A stretch of 64,000 nucleotides of DNA from Vicugna vicugna. Taxonomy: Eukaryota. Location: positions 2,758,765 to 2,822,764 of the forward strand of contig MU057801.1 in NCBI GenBank assembly GCA_013265495.1, written 5' to 3'. The position numbers and the translations under genes are program-made. The notes beneath the pieces are model-generated. The model saw nothing but the letters and a program-made list of their open reading frames with translations. It did no database searches and was not told where the DNA came from. Below are positions 22,996 to 34,900 of this stretch, one piece after another (positions within the stretch are counted from its first letter, which is position 1; every line of letters begins with the position of its first letter).

Positions 22996-25900
22996 GTAGC
23001 GGGCACGGGGCGGGGCCTGGGCCCTGGGGTGTGGGCTGGGCCCCTGCCGTGGACTCCCCTGGGAGCCCCAAGGGTCCTGAGGGCAGCGGGGATCCCAGGC
23101 GTGTTGGGTGGCCTTCACCAGTGGCTGGGGTGGCCGAGATCGTGACTTAGGCCAGAGGGCACGTGGGGTGACCCCAGACGCAGACGGGAGGGAGCTGAGA
23201 GTCTAGAAAGTCAGATAAGTGAGCAGAGACCCAGAAGGCAGGCTGACCCAGAGTTGCCCGCTGGGCCCCGGCCGCAGGGGAGTGACCAGACAACAGTGGC
23301 CCCAGTGAGCGGGGGTCTGGGCCAGACTGAGGGTGGGAATTGGGCATCTCTACCTGCCGGCTTCCCCCGCGGGGAGACCCCCAGCGCCTCCCTTGTGCCC
23401 TCTGGCTCGGAGGGTCCCGCTCCGGCCTCTCACCCCTGGGCATCTCCCCGACACCCACAGTGGGGTTCCCCGTGGTTCTGTGCAGACCCTCCGACCTTCT
23501 GGGCGTTAACCGAGCTGGGGTGCCAGACCCTTCCGTAGAGCTCTCCAAAGTGGCACGTTAATCTCCTTTTTACCTGCCTTATTTTTAAACTTGTCACAGT
23601 AGTTACATGTCTGTATGCTGGACTTAAGCTGCCTCCACAGTTGGTCTTGAAGCTGAGTTGAAGGCAACGTGCATCAGCGTGTGACCCTCTAACGGCCACG
23701 TTCCTGTCATTTTCTGTGGAGAGACGTTCTCACAAGTGACTTTGGCCCCAGTTGTTCCTGCTGGGCCTTGGTGTCTGAGTTCAGACAGCACCCCTTGGCC
23801 TCGGAATGCTCTCGCTTGCTGTGACACAAGTCCAGGCCTCTAAAATTTAAAACACTCAATTTTTTAAAAAGAAGAATGGAGTATTCTTTCAGAACCTGTG
23901 ATGGGTCCCTCTCGAATCAAGAACGTGATTTTCATATTTGCAGTTTGGACTCTGCTCCTGCACTCAGTCAGCATGGATTAACTGTGGTGAAATGTGACAC
24001 TTTAAACGGGTGGTTTCTGGTGTGTAAATTATACCTCAGTAAAGTTGACGTTTTTTAAAAAAGGAAAGTTCTGGCCAAAACATTAAGTGCCTGCTCCTCG
24101 TGCTCAGCCAGACTGGAGAGGCGGAGTGCAGGGAGGAAGTGAAGGTCTGTTTTCAGGTTCTGCCGTAAAAGTGGGGCTGCTCGTGGTCGTGCAGAGCCGT
24201 GTGTGCTTGCGCACACCTACACCTGGACCTTTTTTAAATGTGATTTTCCCTTAGAAACTCCCACCTTGACCCGTGAAACCTTCAGAGCACTGACGCCAGG
24301 GCTTTCTGCTTACGCTGATGACGTTGAAAAGGTAACGGTTTTCTCTTGTGTCTGTTCATCGGATTTGTTGTTTGTCGGTTTGTTAAAGTGGCCCCCCTTC
24401 TCTGGGACGCAGAGAGCTGCCCCCCAGCAGCACCTCTGGTGGTGCCGACCCGGCACTTCCCTGGGCGGGACGATCAGATGGAGGAGCGGGCACCACATGT
24501 ACAGCCGAAGGCTCACCGCTGCCCCCCATCACCGCCCCGCCACGTCACATATGTACACACACCACACAAGCACCACACATGTACACATACCACACACACC
24601 ACGTTTATACACACTTATGTACACATATCCGCACACATGCACACCACACATACCATACATGTACGCACATGCACGCCGTGTGTACACACGCGTACATACA
24701 CACCACGCACACATGCACCCCCAGGCCACTCAGACCCTTCCTTCAGCCAACATGCGTGCCACCCAGAAGTCACGGTGTGATTCAAAAGTATAAATCTTAC
24801 AAACTTACAAAAAGCACCACTTGAAAGTTTAGTTTTTTTGTTTCAGTTTCTCTGATTGAAGATGACAAATACTGACTAAAGAAAAAAAAGTTAATGTATT
24901 ATGCAAAATCCACAAAGTCAAAAAAGTGTAAAATAAATTGAACTGTCAGATGGTGACTTCGGTGAGTTTGTGGCAGTCACACTTCTCAAGTGCAGGACCA
25001 CGGGTCCTGTGTTTCCAGGAGGCCCCGCAGACAACACTCACGCAGCTGTGTGTTCCTTTGGCTCCAGCATGTCTTAAATCAGAAGGTAACGCAGGATTCT
25101 TGCCCATAGCTGCGTCCTGATCTCAGACACTGAAGTCACAGCATTGCTTCCTGCAGCTTGGTTAAAAAACAAATGGAAAACAATTGAAATTAGTGATTCT
25201 AGGTTAAACCTGGTTAAACTGTATATTTTACAATCAACATGTGGGGCTTTTAAACCTCCTTGTTTGGACCAGCAGCACACATTCAGGGGGACGACCTGCT
25301 CCCCTTCCTCGGGTGGGAGCCCCATGCCCCCCTCCCCAGGAGGGCCAGCGTCCCTGTTTCTGCTCCTTTGAGAGGAGTCACGTCTGTGCCCCCCACTTCG
25401 TTGCACTCGCACCACGGTTCACCCGCACTGCTGTGCACTTCAGCGCCTCCACGGCTCTTCCAGTGATGGACCGCCGCGTGTGCCCGGGAAGTCGGGGACG
25501 CAGAGGTGACGCCGGCCCTCGCTCTCCGCAGCGTGGGAGGGGCTGGGGTCGGCCGTGCCCTCGTGTGCGAGGGCGCCTCTCAGAGGAACCCCGGCGGGGA
25601 CTTCAGAGTAAGCGGAGCGTGTGTTCCCCGACGGACGGCGGATGTTGCATCGTCCCGCCACGGCTGTGGACTGGGCCCAGCGAGCCTTTACCGAAGTCAC
25701 CCCCAACCCCCGGTCCCCGCCCCCCCCATGGTGCCCAACNNNNNNNNNNNNNNNNNNNNNNNNNNNNNNNNNNNNNNNNNNNNNNNNNNNNNNNNNNNNN
25801 NNNNNNNNNNNNNNNNNNNNNNNNNCCCCAGGTCCTCGCCTCCCCGGTCCACCCCCTACCCCCGTCCCCACACTGACGCTCCGGGAGCTCTTACGCTCTG

Positions 25901-28900
25901 GCAGGTGAAGGTGGTTCCTGAGGGTAGTTACTCAAGGGTGTTAGCGTTTTAGGGGCCCCTGAAGTCCATCCATGAGTCCAGGGCTTGTCCAAGGTGCGCA
26001 CAGAGCAGCGGGTCCTCCCAGGCATCCTCTCCAGGTCTTGCCCGGGCTCAGTGGTCCCTGAGCCCCATACTCCTGCCAGCACCACTTGAATCACTCTTTC
26101 TGTTGATTTGAAAATTAGAAAAAAATATACGTATACATGAAGAAACCCGGACTCTGTACCCCCCCCCGCCCCGTGTTCACAGAGCGCCCCGGGGATCCAG
26201 GAGCTGCTGGGCGTGGCCAAGCGGGACATCCCCTCCGGCCTCTGGCAGGCCACACCCCTGGTCCTCAGGGCCACAGCTGGGCTGCGTCTGCTGCCAGGAG
26301 AAAAGGCTCAGAAGCTGCTGCAGAAGGTGAGCTCGTCCGTTCCCGGGGCCTGGCGGGGGGCTGGTGCGTTTGAAGACGCAGGCCCCCCGCGAGGGGGACG
26401 AATGCCGGCCTTCGGTGGAGGGCCTGTCGCTGAACGTTGCTTTCCACCTCAGGGAGTTGAAAGTACTCGTGTTTTCTGGAATGAGTTTGTCTTCTAAGAA
26501 GAGCAAGTTTGTTTTAAGAATACGTTGCGGAGAGGGTATAGCTCAGTGCACGCGCGAGGCCCTGCGTTCAGTCCTTGGTGCTGCCGTTAAAAATGCGCAT
26601 ATAAGTAAATAAGCCTGGTTACCACTCCCAAAAACAATTGTGAAAAGGAAGCTATAAAAAAATGTGCTCTTGAAGGGCTTCCCGCCGTCCACGGACTCTC
26701 CGTGTGTCTGAACTCCCAGCGCGTCCTCTCGGCCCGCGGGTCCTGGGGTCGTGCCAGCCCCGCTCTTGGTCCGATGCTTGGACGCGCCGGTTCTGAACCT
26801 TCTTGCTGCTCAGTGACGGGTTGTTGTGCACGTCCACATCCCTTTTGACAACCACACCCACGTTCTCGAGCAGGTGCTGGGACACGGGGCAGACGTACCG
26901 AAGTTTCCGCATATCAGTGGTCGCTGAAAAAGCGGAGACGGGTGTGCAGCCAAATGCAGCTGCTCACTGCCTCCCCATCCCCCGCCACCGTCCCCCGGGA
27001 GCGTGCCCGCCAGGCCGCGTGGGCCCAGGCTGGAATCTGCCTTGCAGGGTTCCCGCCCCCTGTCTCCCATCCTAGAGCAGGGCAGCTTTGGGGTGCCCTG
27101 GTACCCCAGACCCCATCCAGGGCTTCAGCAGCACTGCCTCCGCCGGCCCAGGCTCCGTGAGTGTGGCAGGCACCCTACAGTGTCTCCTGCCTGGCGAGTA
27201 GTGGGACGGGCTGGGGGCTTCGGTCTGGAGGATAAAGTGCCTCTCTCTCCCTGCAGGTTAAAGAAGTGTTCGAGGCATCGCCGTTCCTCGTGGGCACCGA
27301 CTGTGTTTCCATCATGAACGGCACGGACGAAGGTAGTGGCCATAGGCGGGCACCCTGTGGGCTGCTGTGCGGGTCCCGGGGCCTTCCCCAGGCAGGCATG
27401 CTGACAACGAAGCAATGGTCCTGTCCCCGTCTCTGATTTATCGTCTCAGAGCCCGTCCTGGGGCCGGAGTTAGAGACAGCTGCCAACCTGGCCCAGATGA
27501 AACTTCTAGAACAAATCATTTTTCTGGTTTAAGAACATTTAAAGAGAACCCTCAGTTGCTGTCATGTCAGAATGTTGGTGCTGCAGTAATTCTAAGGGGC
27601 AGACGCTTGATAAGGTTCCTTACCAGCCTCTGACTTTAAGCATGCCCTCCCGAGTTGGCGAGTGTGGTGGAGGGCGTGGGGACATCTGCTTCTCTTCAGA
27701 AGAGAAGCAGTCGGTGAGGACCGGCGCCGGGTGCAGCGGGCAGAGCGCTCTGGGTCTCAGTGCGGGGCCTCCTCGGACCCCGCCCGGGCTGCGGGTGGCC
27801 TCGTGGCTAGCGCTCCTTCCGCAGCTGATCTGAAGGCTGCGAGGAGTGAGCAGGTGTGGCCTCGGGCTCCTGATGTCAGAGAGCTGGTTTCAGCGTCTCA
27901 AGTGGCTCAGGTGCGCTTGTGACCCTCTCTTGCAGGCGTTTCAGCCTGGATCACAGTCAACTTCCTCACAGGTGGGTCCTCTTCATCTTGAGTCCACAGT
28001 TCACTGACCCGGTGCTGAGAGCAGGGGCCCCATCTCCACTCTTTAAAGGGACCCCTCGGGGTCGCAGTGTCGCCGGCCCAAAGAATTAGGCTGTGGGGGT
28101 GAGTGGGGGTGTCCACTGGTGGCCCCGGGGCCCCAGGCCTGCAGATGCAAGTGCTGGGCGGGAGGGGCCTTCCCTGCAGGTGGGGGCGGCTCCCCCAGCC
28201 GCCTCCTGGGTTCCTGGGTTCCGAGGAAGCCCTGAGTGATGCTGCTCATGCCTCAGGTGCTGACCGTCCTGAGCACTGGTCAGCCTGTCGTCAAAGCCTC
28301 TGCTGGAGGTGGGGCAGCCTGTCCTGGAAACAGGTGCTAGGAGCACTTTTCCGTGTGTTGTTCTCAGGATGTGGACTTTTGTCCCCTTATTGCAATTGTG
28401 GGCCAGACCAATGTGTCTGATTCACGGAAGAGAGAGGAAGTTTCTTGTAGGATTTGCCGCCTGGGGATGGAGGGCCATGTTAGGGGACAGGCCAGGAGAG
28501 CAGGCGGGGGCGTCCCCGAGGGGGGGTCACATTGTCCTTGCATTCAGACTAAAGCCACCGCCGAGGCAGCTGTCCTTCGTGCCACAAACGCCCCTGGAGG
28601 TTTTAAGTGGCCTCAGCTTCTCCCCGTCTTGCCTGGCTTTCCACGGCGGGGTCTGACTTCCAGCCTCTCCGCGTTTCCTGCTGTCTTCGTGTTACTAACG
28701 GCATCGCTGTGGGTTTCCTCCTGTGCTGCAGGCGGTCTCAGAGCCCCCGGGAGGGGCAGCGTGGGCACGCTGGACCTGGGCGGAGGGTCCACTCAGATCA
28801 CCTTCCTCCCGAGAGTCGAGGTAACCAGCCCCTGCTCTCAGCCCCTCCCCTGAGGACCAGGTCCACCCACAGTGCTGCTTGCTGTGATTTTAACTCTGCC

Positions 28901-31900
28901 TGGAGAAAAAGGAGAAATGTGGTCTTCAGCAGGGCGATAAGTTAGATGGTGCCTGGAGCCCTCTGGGCAGAGAGCGGGAGTGGGGCCCCCCGCCCCCCAG
29001 CCTGACTGCGGGCGAGAGCGGCCTCCTCTTCAGACAGACGTCCTGGGGGGACCGTGCTCCCGGTTAAGGCTGCGCTGTTCTGGAAAGTGCCTTCCTCAGC
29101 CGCCGTTTTAGTCGGTTGTTTTAGTTGTTAGTGGAAAACACTTAAATTTACTCCTGACTGTCTTGGCTGGGCCGCGTTTGTCAAAACGGGTAAATGCTAC
29201 AAAGAGGAAAAACATGGTGTTTCCATTTTGGACAGTTCTTCTTTCATCACAGCAGTGATCTGAGGAAACACTCGTGTGACTGAGTATGTCTGTGGACATC
29301 CCTGTTCCTTCGAGTGAGTGGAGGGAGTGGGGGACAGCTTTCTAGAGAGGCCAGCAGGGAAGACGGTGACCCTCGCGTTCCTCCCCAGGGCACCCTCCAG
29401 ACCTCCCCGCCCGGCTACCTGACGTCCCTGCAAATGTTCAACAGGACCTACAAGCTCTATTCCTACAGGTTTGTGTCCAGGGTGAGGGTGGAGAGGTTGA
29501 CGGTCAGGCACACGGAGCAGCTTAGCACCGCGGCCTCGTCTCCAGCTCCTGCCTGTGGAGTGACGGAGCGGTCAGCCCAGACTCGGCGAGACCCTGCTGT
29601 GGGCCCTCCCCCTCCCCTCCCCTGCAGTAACATGTAACACGTGTGCTTGGCCTGTTCTGCTCTGGAAGAGGTTTTGAGAAAGTGGGGAGGAGCCCCTGGA
29701 TCGAGCAGTTTTCTGGGCCGTGGGACGCCTCCTGTAGGGTCTTCCGTGTGGCGCATCCACACCGTGAAGGTGGGGGCCTGTCGCCCTGTCCAGTGTCCGT
29801 GGCTCCTGGACCAGCTCCCGCCTCATAGTAGCCTTCGCGTCTGTGCCGAGTGCCCTGAGCCCCACCAAAGAAGCTTCCAGAAGAAGCAGAAAACTGCTGT
29901 TTGCCGCTGGTTTCCTCCCTTCCGCTCCCCCCGTCCTGGACCCGGGCAGTTCGCGTGTCCCCTCACCGCGCTCTCTTCCCACAGCTACCTGGGCCTCGGC
30001 CTGATGTCGGCACGGCTGGCGGTCCTGGGCGGCAAGGAGGGGAAGCCTGGTGAGTGGGCGCACCTCGTCAGGTCGTCGATGAGGAAAGAGGTGCCGGTGA
30101 CGTCGGGGCTGTGTCACTGGGCTGGGACGTCCAGGGTCGGCTTGTTTTTAAGCCTTTACGGCAAGACAGCACGGGAGGGGCCCGAGGAGGGGTTCGTGGG
30201 GTCTCGGACGGGCTTGGCCTTCCAGATGGGCAGCCCCTTTGTTGCAAACCGAAAATGCATTCTCATCTCAGAAAACCAGCACCCTTGCTCTGAGCCAGAA
30301 AACACCTGCTGGCCAGCGGGAGGAAGGCAGGCACCCATTCACCACCCGCTCCAGCCTCGGGGTCCTGTGCCCCCTGCAGCCCCCCAGCCAGCCAAGCAGT
30401 GAGGGAGCCTCCCGCAGGCTGAGCGGTTGTCACTCAACAGATGCTTTATCGTCACGATTGTCATGAGTCACAGGCTCCCCTGGGGCCCCGTGGGGTGGCG
30501 TTTGGGGCACATCTGGCCTCCACCTGCACTTCTCTCGGCAGCTTAGAGGTGGGAGGGCTGCCTGAGGTTGCACAGCCTCCTGTCCCACACGTTCTGTCAG
30601 TGAAAGCAGACCCCGGCCAGGAACCCTCTTGGCAGGAGGCCGGCCACCACGTGTCCAGGGCTGGCAGTGGGCAGCGTGTCCTGGCTCTGCCTCGCTCATC
30701 CATAAAGTGAGGGACGCCAACTGCTCCTGTTAGGGTCGTGGTGACCGTCGCCTGGAACCCTGATGCCCCTCGGTGGCCATGAGCTGGGAGTGGCTTCGCT
30801 GGGGCCTCTGTGGTGGACGGAGGCTCTGCCTCCCACAGCCGACCTGGGTTGCGTCCATAAGCCAGGCCTGATGGGAAAGGGAAGCTGGTCCCCTGGCCCG
30901 AGGCCCGACGCACCCTCGCCCCACAGCGCCAGGTGCACTGTATCCTCCTCCTTCTCTGTTTCAGCTGAGGATGGAGAGGAGTTGGTCAGCCCTTGTCTGT
31001 CTCCGGGTTTCAGAGGAGAGTGGTCACACGCCGAGATAACCTACAGGGTCTCAGGACAGAAGGCAGGTACGCTGACCTTCCACGGGCGGCTGGTGCGCGT
31101 GCCCTCCCGACGCCTCTGAGAAGCAGGGCAGCCTCTAGCCTCCTCGCACACCAGCCTGCACTTGCCCACGAGGTGGACGAGGCTCTGGAGGCCCCAGCTC
31201 CCACAGGGTGTCCACACAAGGCCCCCTGGTCTGCCGCCAGGTGCCCCTGCAGAGGCCCGACGTCCTAACCGGCCTCCGAAAGGAAGGGCCTGGGTGGCCG
31301 TTGGCTCCGAGCAGACAGCAGGTCCGGCTGTGGGCCCAGCTGCCCTGCGAGCCCGCGTCCCAGGTGAGGGACAGATGGCCCCTCCCCGCCCCGCCTGCGC
31401 TCCTGGCGAGGACGCGGAGCTCCCTGCGGGGCTCCTGGCAGCCTGGCCCTCTCACCACGGCATCCCCTGTGCCCTGTGCTCTTTGAGTTTCTTCCAAAAG
31501 AGCTACTGCAGTGCTGTGTCTAGGCTGGCCCCGTGGGCGTGCGGGCGCCTGTGACAAGCAGCTTGTCCTCGCGGCCCCACAGACACCACACGTGCCGTGT
31601 CCCCGCACCAGCCAGTTCCCTGACACCCACGGGGTGTCCTGCAGCTCAGTCCAGTCCCCGCGCTGACACCAGGGGTCAGCGCAGACCCCACGGGTTAGGG
31701 CCCCCCACACTCCCAGTTTTCTGACTGACGTGGCTGCGCACCTGGGGTTCCCACAACTCCCTCCTCAAATCGGACAGTTGCTGGAATGGCTCCTGGGACT
31801 CAGCAAAGCGCTTTACTACCGCTGGTTTCTGGTACAGGGCACCACTCGGGAGCAGCAAAGGGGAGACGCCCAGGGCAGGTGTGTGGGGCGGGCGCCCCTC

Positions 31901-34900
31901 CTGGCACCTCCACGCCTCTCCATCCGGGAAGCACTCAGGACCCCACTGTTTAGGGTTTTCACAGAGGCTCGTTACAGAGGCGAGACTGATCCAGTCCTCG
32001 ACCGCGAGGGACTGGCTCAGTCCCCAGCCCCCTCTCCTCCCGGGGGGTCAGCGAGGGGCTGAAAGTTCCAGCCTTCTCATCACCGGCTGGTTCCACCGAC
32101 AACCAGCCCCCTCTAGGGGCCCCCAGGAGTCACCTCGTAGCACAAGCCAGGCGGGGGTGAAGGGGCTCACTGTGAACGAGAGGGGACCCCTCGCCCTCAG
32201 CACTCGGGGTCACATGGGCTGAACGAGTCCATGCCAGGACCTGGATGAGAATGGATGCCTGTCCTTGTGATGTGATGAGACTGCAGGGGGTGGGGGCATC
32301 TGGGGCAACTGCCATTTTAAATGAGTCCGTGGGGGTCTCCTGCGGTGATTCTTGGGCGAGGAGATGGGGAGTGAGCCACACAGGTCGAAAGCCCAGGCTC
32401 AGGGGTCAGTGTGTGCAGAGGTCCTGTGGCAGCTGCTGTGTTCGGGGAGCGAGGAGCAGGTGTTGTGACCAGACAGGGAGAGCGGAGGGCAGGGAGGCTG
32501 AGAGCCGTGGTGCCGTGGGCCAGGGAGAGCTGGATGGGCAGCAGCCAGACGTGGGGCAGGCCCGTCGTGGCTGTGGGCCATCCTCATCTGTGAACTCAGG
32601 CCTGTGCTGTGGCCCGCCTTCCGAGCAGGGGGGCAGGGACCGCTCCTGCACGCTTCCTCACCAGTGAGGTGAGAGGAGGAGGTGCAGGACCCCCGGGGCT
32701 GATGAGACGCAGGGAGATGCTGCACACTGGGGCTTAGCATGGGGCGCAGCTCCAGGGCTGGGGCTGTGCTCTTTCCAGCCACCTCCATGCTCACGGTGTC
32801 CCCCCTCGACCTGGCATGGTTCATGGCCCCTAAGAGGTTGCAGGTGGGCCCCGCACGGGCTCCTGGTCCCGTCTCACCCCCAGGTCAGGGTCACCCCAGG
32901 CTGTGTGGCCAGGTGCCCAGAGCCCCGACCACTGAATGTGCCTTCCCTCCGCCTGACCAGCGGGGAACCTCTATCAGCTGTGTGCCGCCCGAGTGTCCGA
33001 AATCCTTCGAGACAAAGTGCACAGGACGGAGGAAGCGAAGGACGTGGACTTCTATGCCTTTTCCTACTATTACGATCTCGCAGCAAACGTCGGCCTCATA
33101 GGTAGGGGCGGGGCCAGGTGGGTGCCCTGGGCCTGTGGCGGGGCTGGGGGCGAGCCATCAGCGGTCAGGTGGCAGGGGCAGAGGGAGGGCCGTGTGTCAC
33201 GGAGGGAGAGTGACTGGCCGCCTTTGGTGAGCGAGCCACTCGCTGTCGGCTCCTCCCCCGCGTCAGCCGCCGCCACCTCAGCCTGGGGCTCTGGCACCCA
33301 GGCCGGAGGGAGGGGCCTGGCCTCTCAGGAGCCAGTGGGTTTCACTCCAGCTGCCCCCCAGCCTGTGAGCGCTGCGGGGCAGAAGGTGGTATTTGGAGCC
33401 CTGGGGCTGGGGGTCGGCAGACCATCACTTCAATGGGTGGTGACTGGGAGTGGTTTTTGGTGAAACGGATTGACGAGAGGGTAGCACATGCCCGGCAGGG
33501 ATGAGAATGCCAGTGTCCATAGGACGCCACCCAGGAGAACCGGCCAAGTCTGGCCCCCTGGGGCCCCGTGTGGACGGCTGCTGGCAGGGGAGGCTGGTCC
33601 GGGTGGAAGGTGACCTCTCACCCCTCGCCCCAGCGGCTGCCCGGCCTGCACCCTCGTCTGCACTCTCCAGACGGTGCCCAGCTGTGGCGGGGCTGGCCTT
33701 GCGGGGCCCCTTCCTGGGACGATCTCATCTTCCCGGGGCGCCCTCAGGGATGCCAGGCTGTTCTGGAAAGTTCTGCTCACTCCCTTTGTGGCCGCACCTG
33801 GCTCCGCAAGGCCGGCCTGGTCTGGTTTTAGAAATGGAACCACCCTAAGGTGACATTTGCTGACTTAGCAAACGCCTGAGGGGGGAAGTAGACCTCCTCA
33901 TCACGCCGCCTTCCACAGACCTAGGGTCCAGGGCAGAGGCTCAGGGGTTCCTTGAAGATGCCAGCTGCCGTCGGGAGAGGCGGACGGGGCTCCTCACGCG
34001 CCGGCCTGGGAGTGGCACGGGCCCGCCGCCCACCCCGAGGCCTTGTTCTCTCCCAGGGCTTCTTTCTCCCCTGGAGTGTGACTCAGGTCAGCGCTGCCGC
34101 GCACAGGCCACGGCTTCAGGAGATGTTTCCAGTTTCCTTCCCTTGAGGTTGAGAGCTTGCTCTGTCTGGGGCCCAGGGCCCTGCCGAGCTCCCTCTGAGG
34201 CCCCGGCCGTGCTGCCCGCCCCGTGTGGCCCACCGCAAGTGCGTCACCTCCGACGCCCAGATGTATAGCCGCCCCAGGGCCTCAGTGCCGTCGTGGCTCT
34301 CGGTGCTGGTGCCGACTGGGCGCTTGGTCTTGTCCACAGACGCAGAGAAGGGGGGCAGCCTGGTCGTCGCAGATTTTGAGATTGCAGCCAAGTACGGTGA
34401 GTGGCCTGGAGGCCAGACGCTGTCCCAGGCACGAGGCAGGCACTGGCCCCAGAATTCCTGGTTGGTTCTGATTGTGTCACCCAGACGAGCCTTCGTGGGC
34501 ATGAGAGTGGACAGGGGCCGCTGCTGGCCCGGGCTGCAGGGCCGCGCGCCCGGGGCGGCCTGGGCCAGGCGGTGGGGCCGGCGTCTGGCTGCACGAGGAC
34601 TTGGTCTCAGTCCTGGGTCGTGAGGAGCAGACTCCCTTGATTTCATTTTTTCAAACTCTTCCCTGGGACTCGGGTGACCTCAAAGGGATTCCCCCAGATG
34701 CACAGCTGCAGGAAGCCCTGCACAGCAGAGCCCAGCACGTGGGGAATGGAGAGCTGTCCCCTGGGGTGTCGCAGGAGGTGGACCTGCAGCCCCAGGGCCG
34801 CTGCCCATCCCCCCGGCAGGCCAGGACGTAAACATTGTGCTCTCTGGTTACGTTTCCCAGTCACAGGAAAAAGGAGTTAAATTCGGTTTATTCCTCCATA

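Noticed and set aside
24203..24824. His/Thr-rich ORFs extending from ENTPD6 coding exon 2
   Set aside because: They translate a degenerate CA repeat in an intron, and a good donor at 24332 ends the exon
26529..26590. tRNA gene (A/B box-like sequence; also at 1520-1583 and 54058-54100)
   Set aside because: No complete cloverleaf; A-rich tails and a TSD at one copy show these are tRNA-derived SINEs
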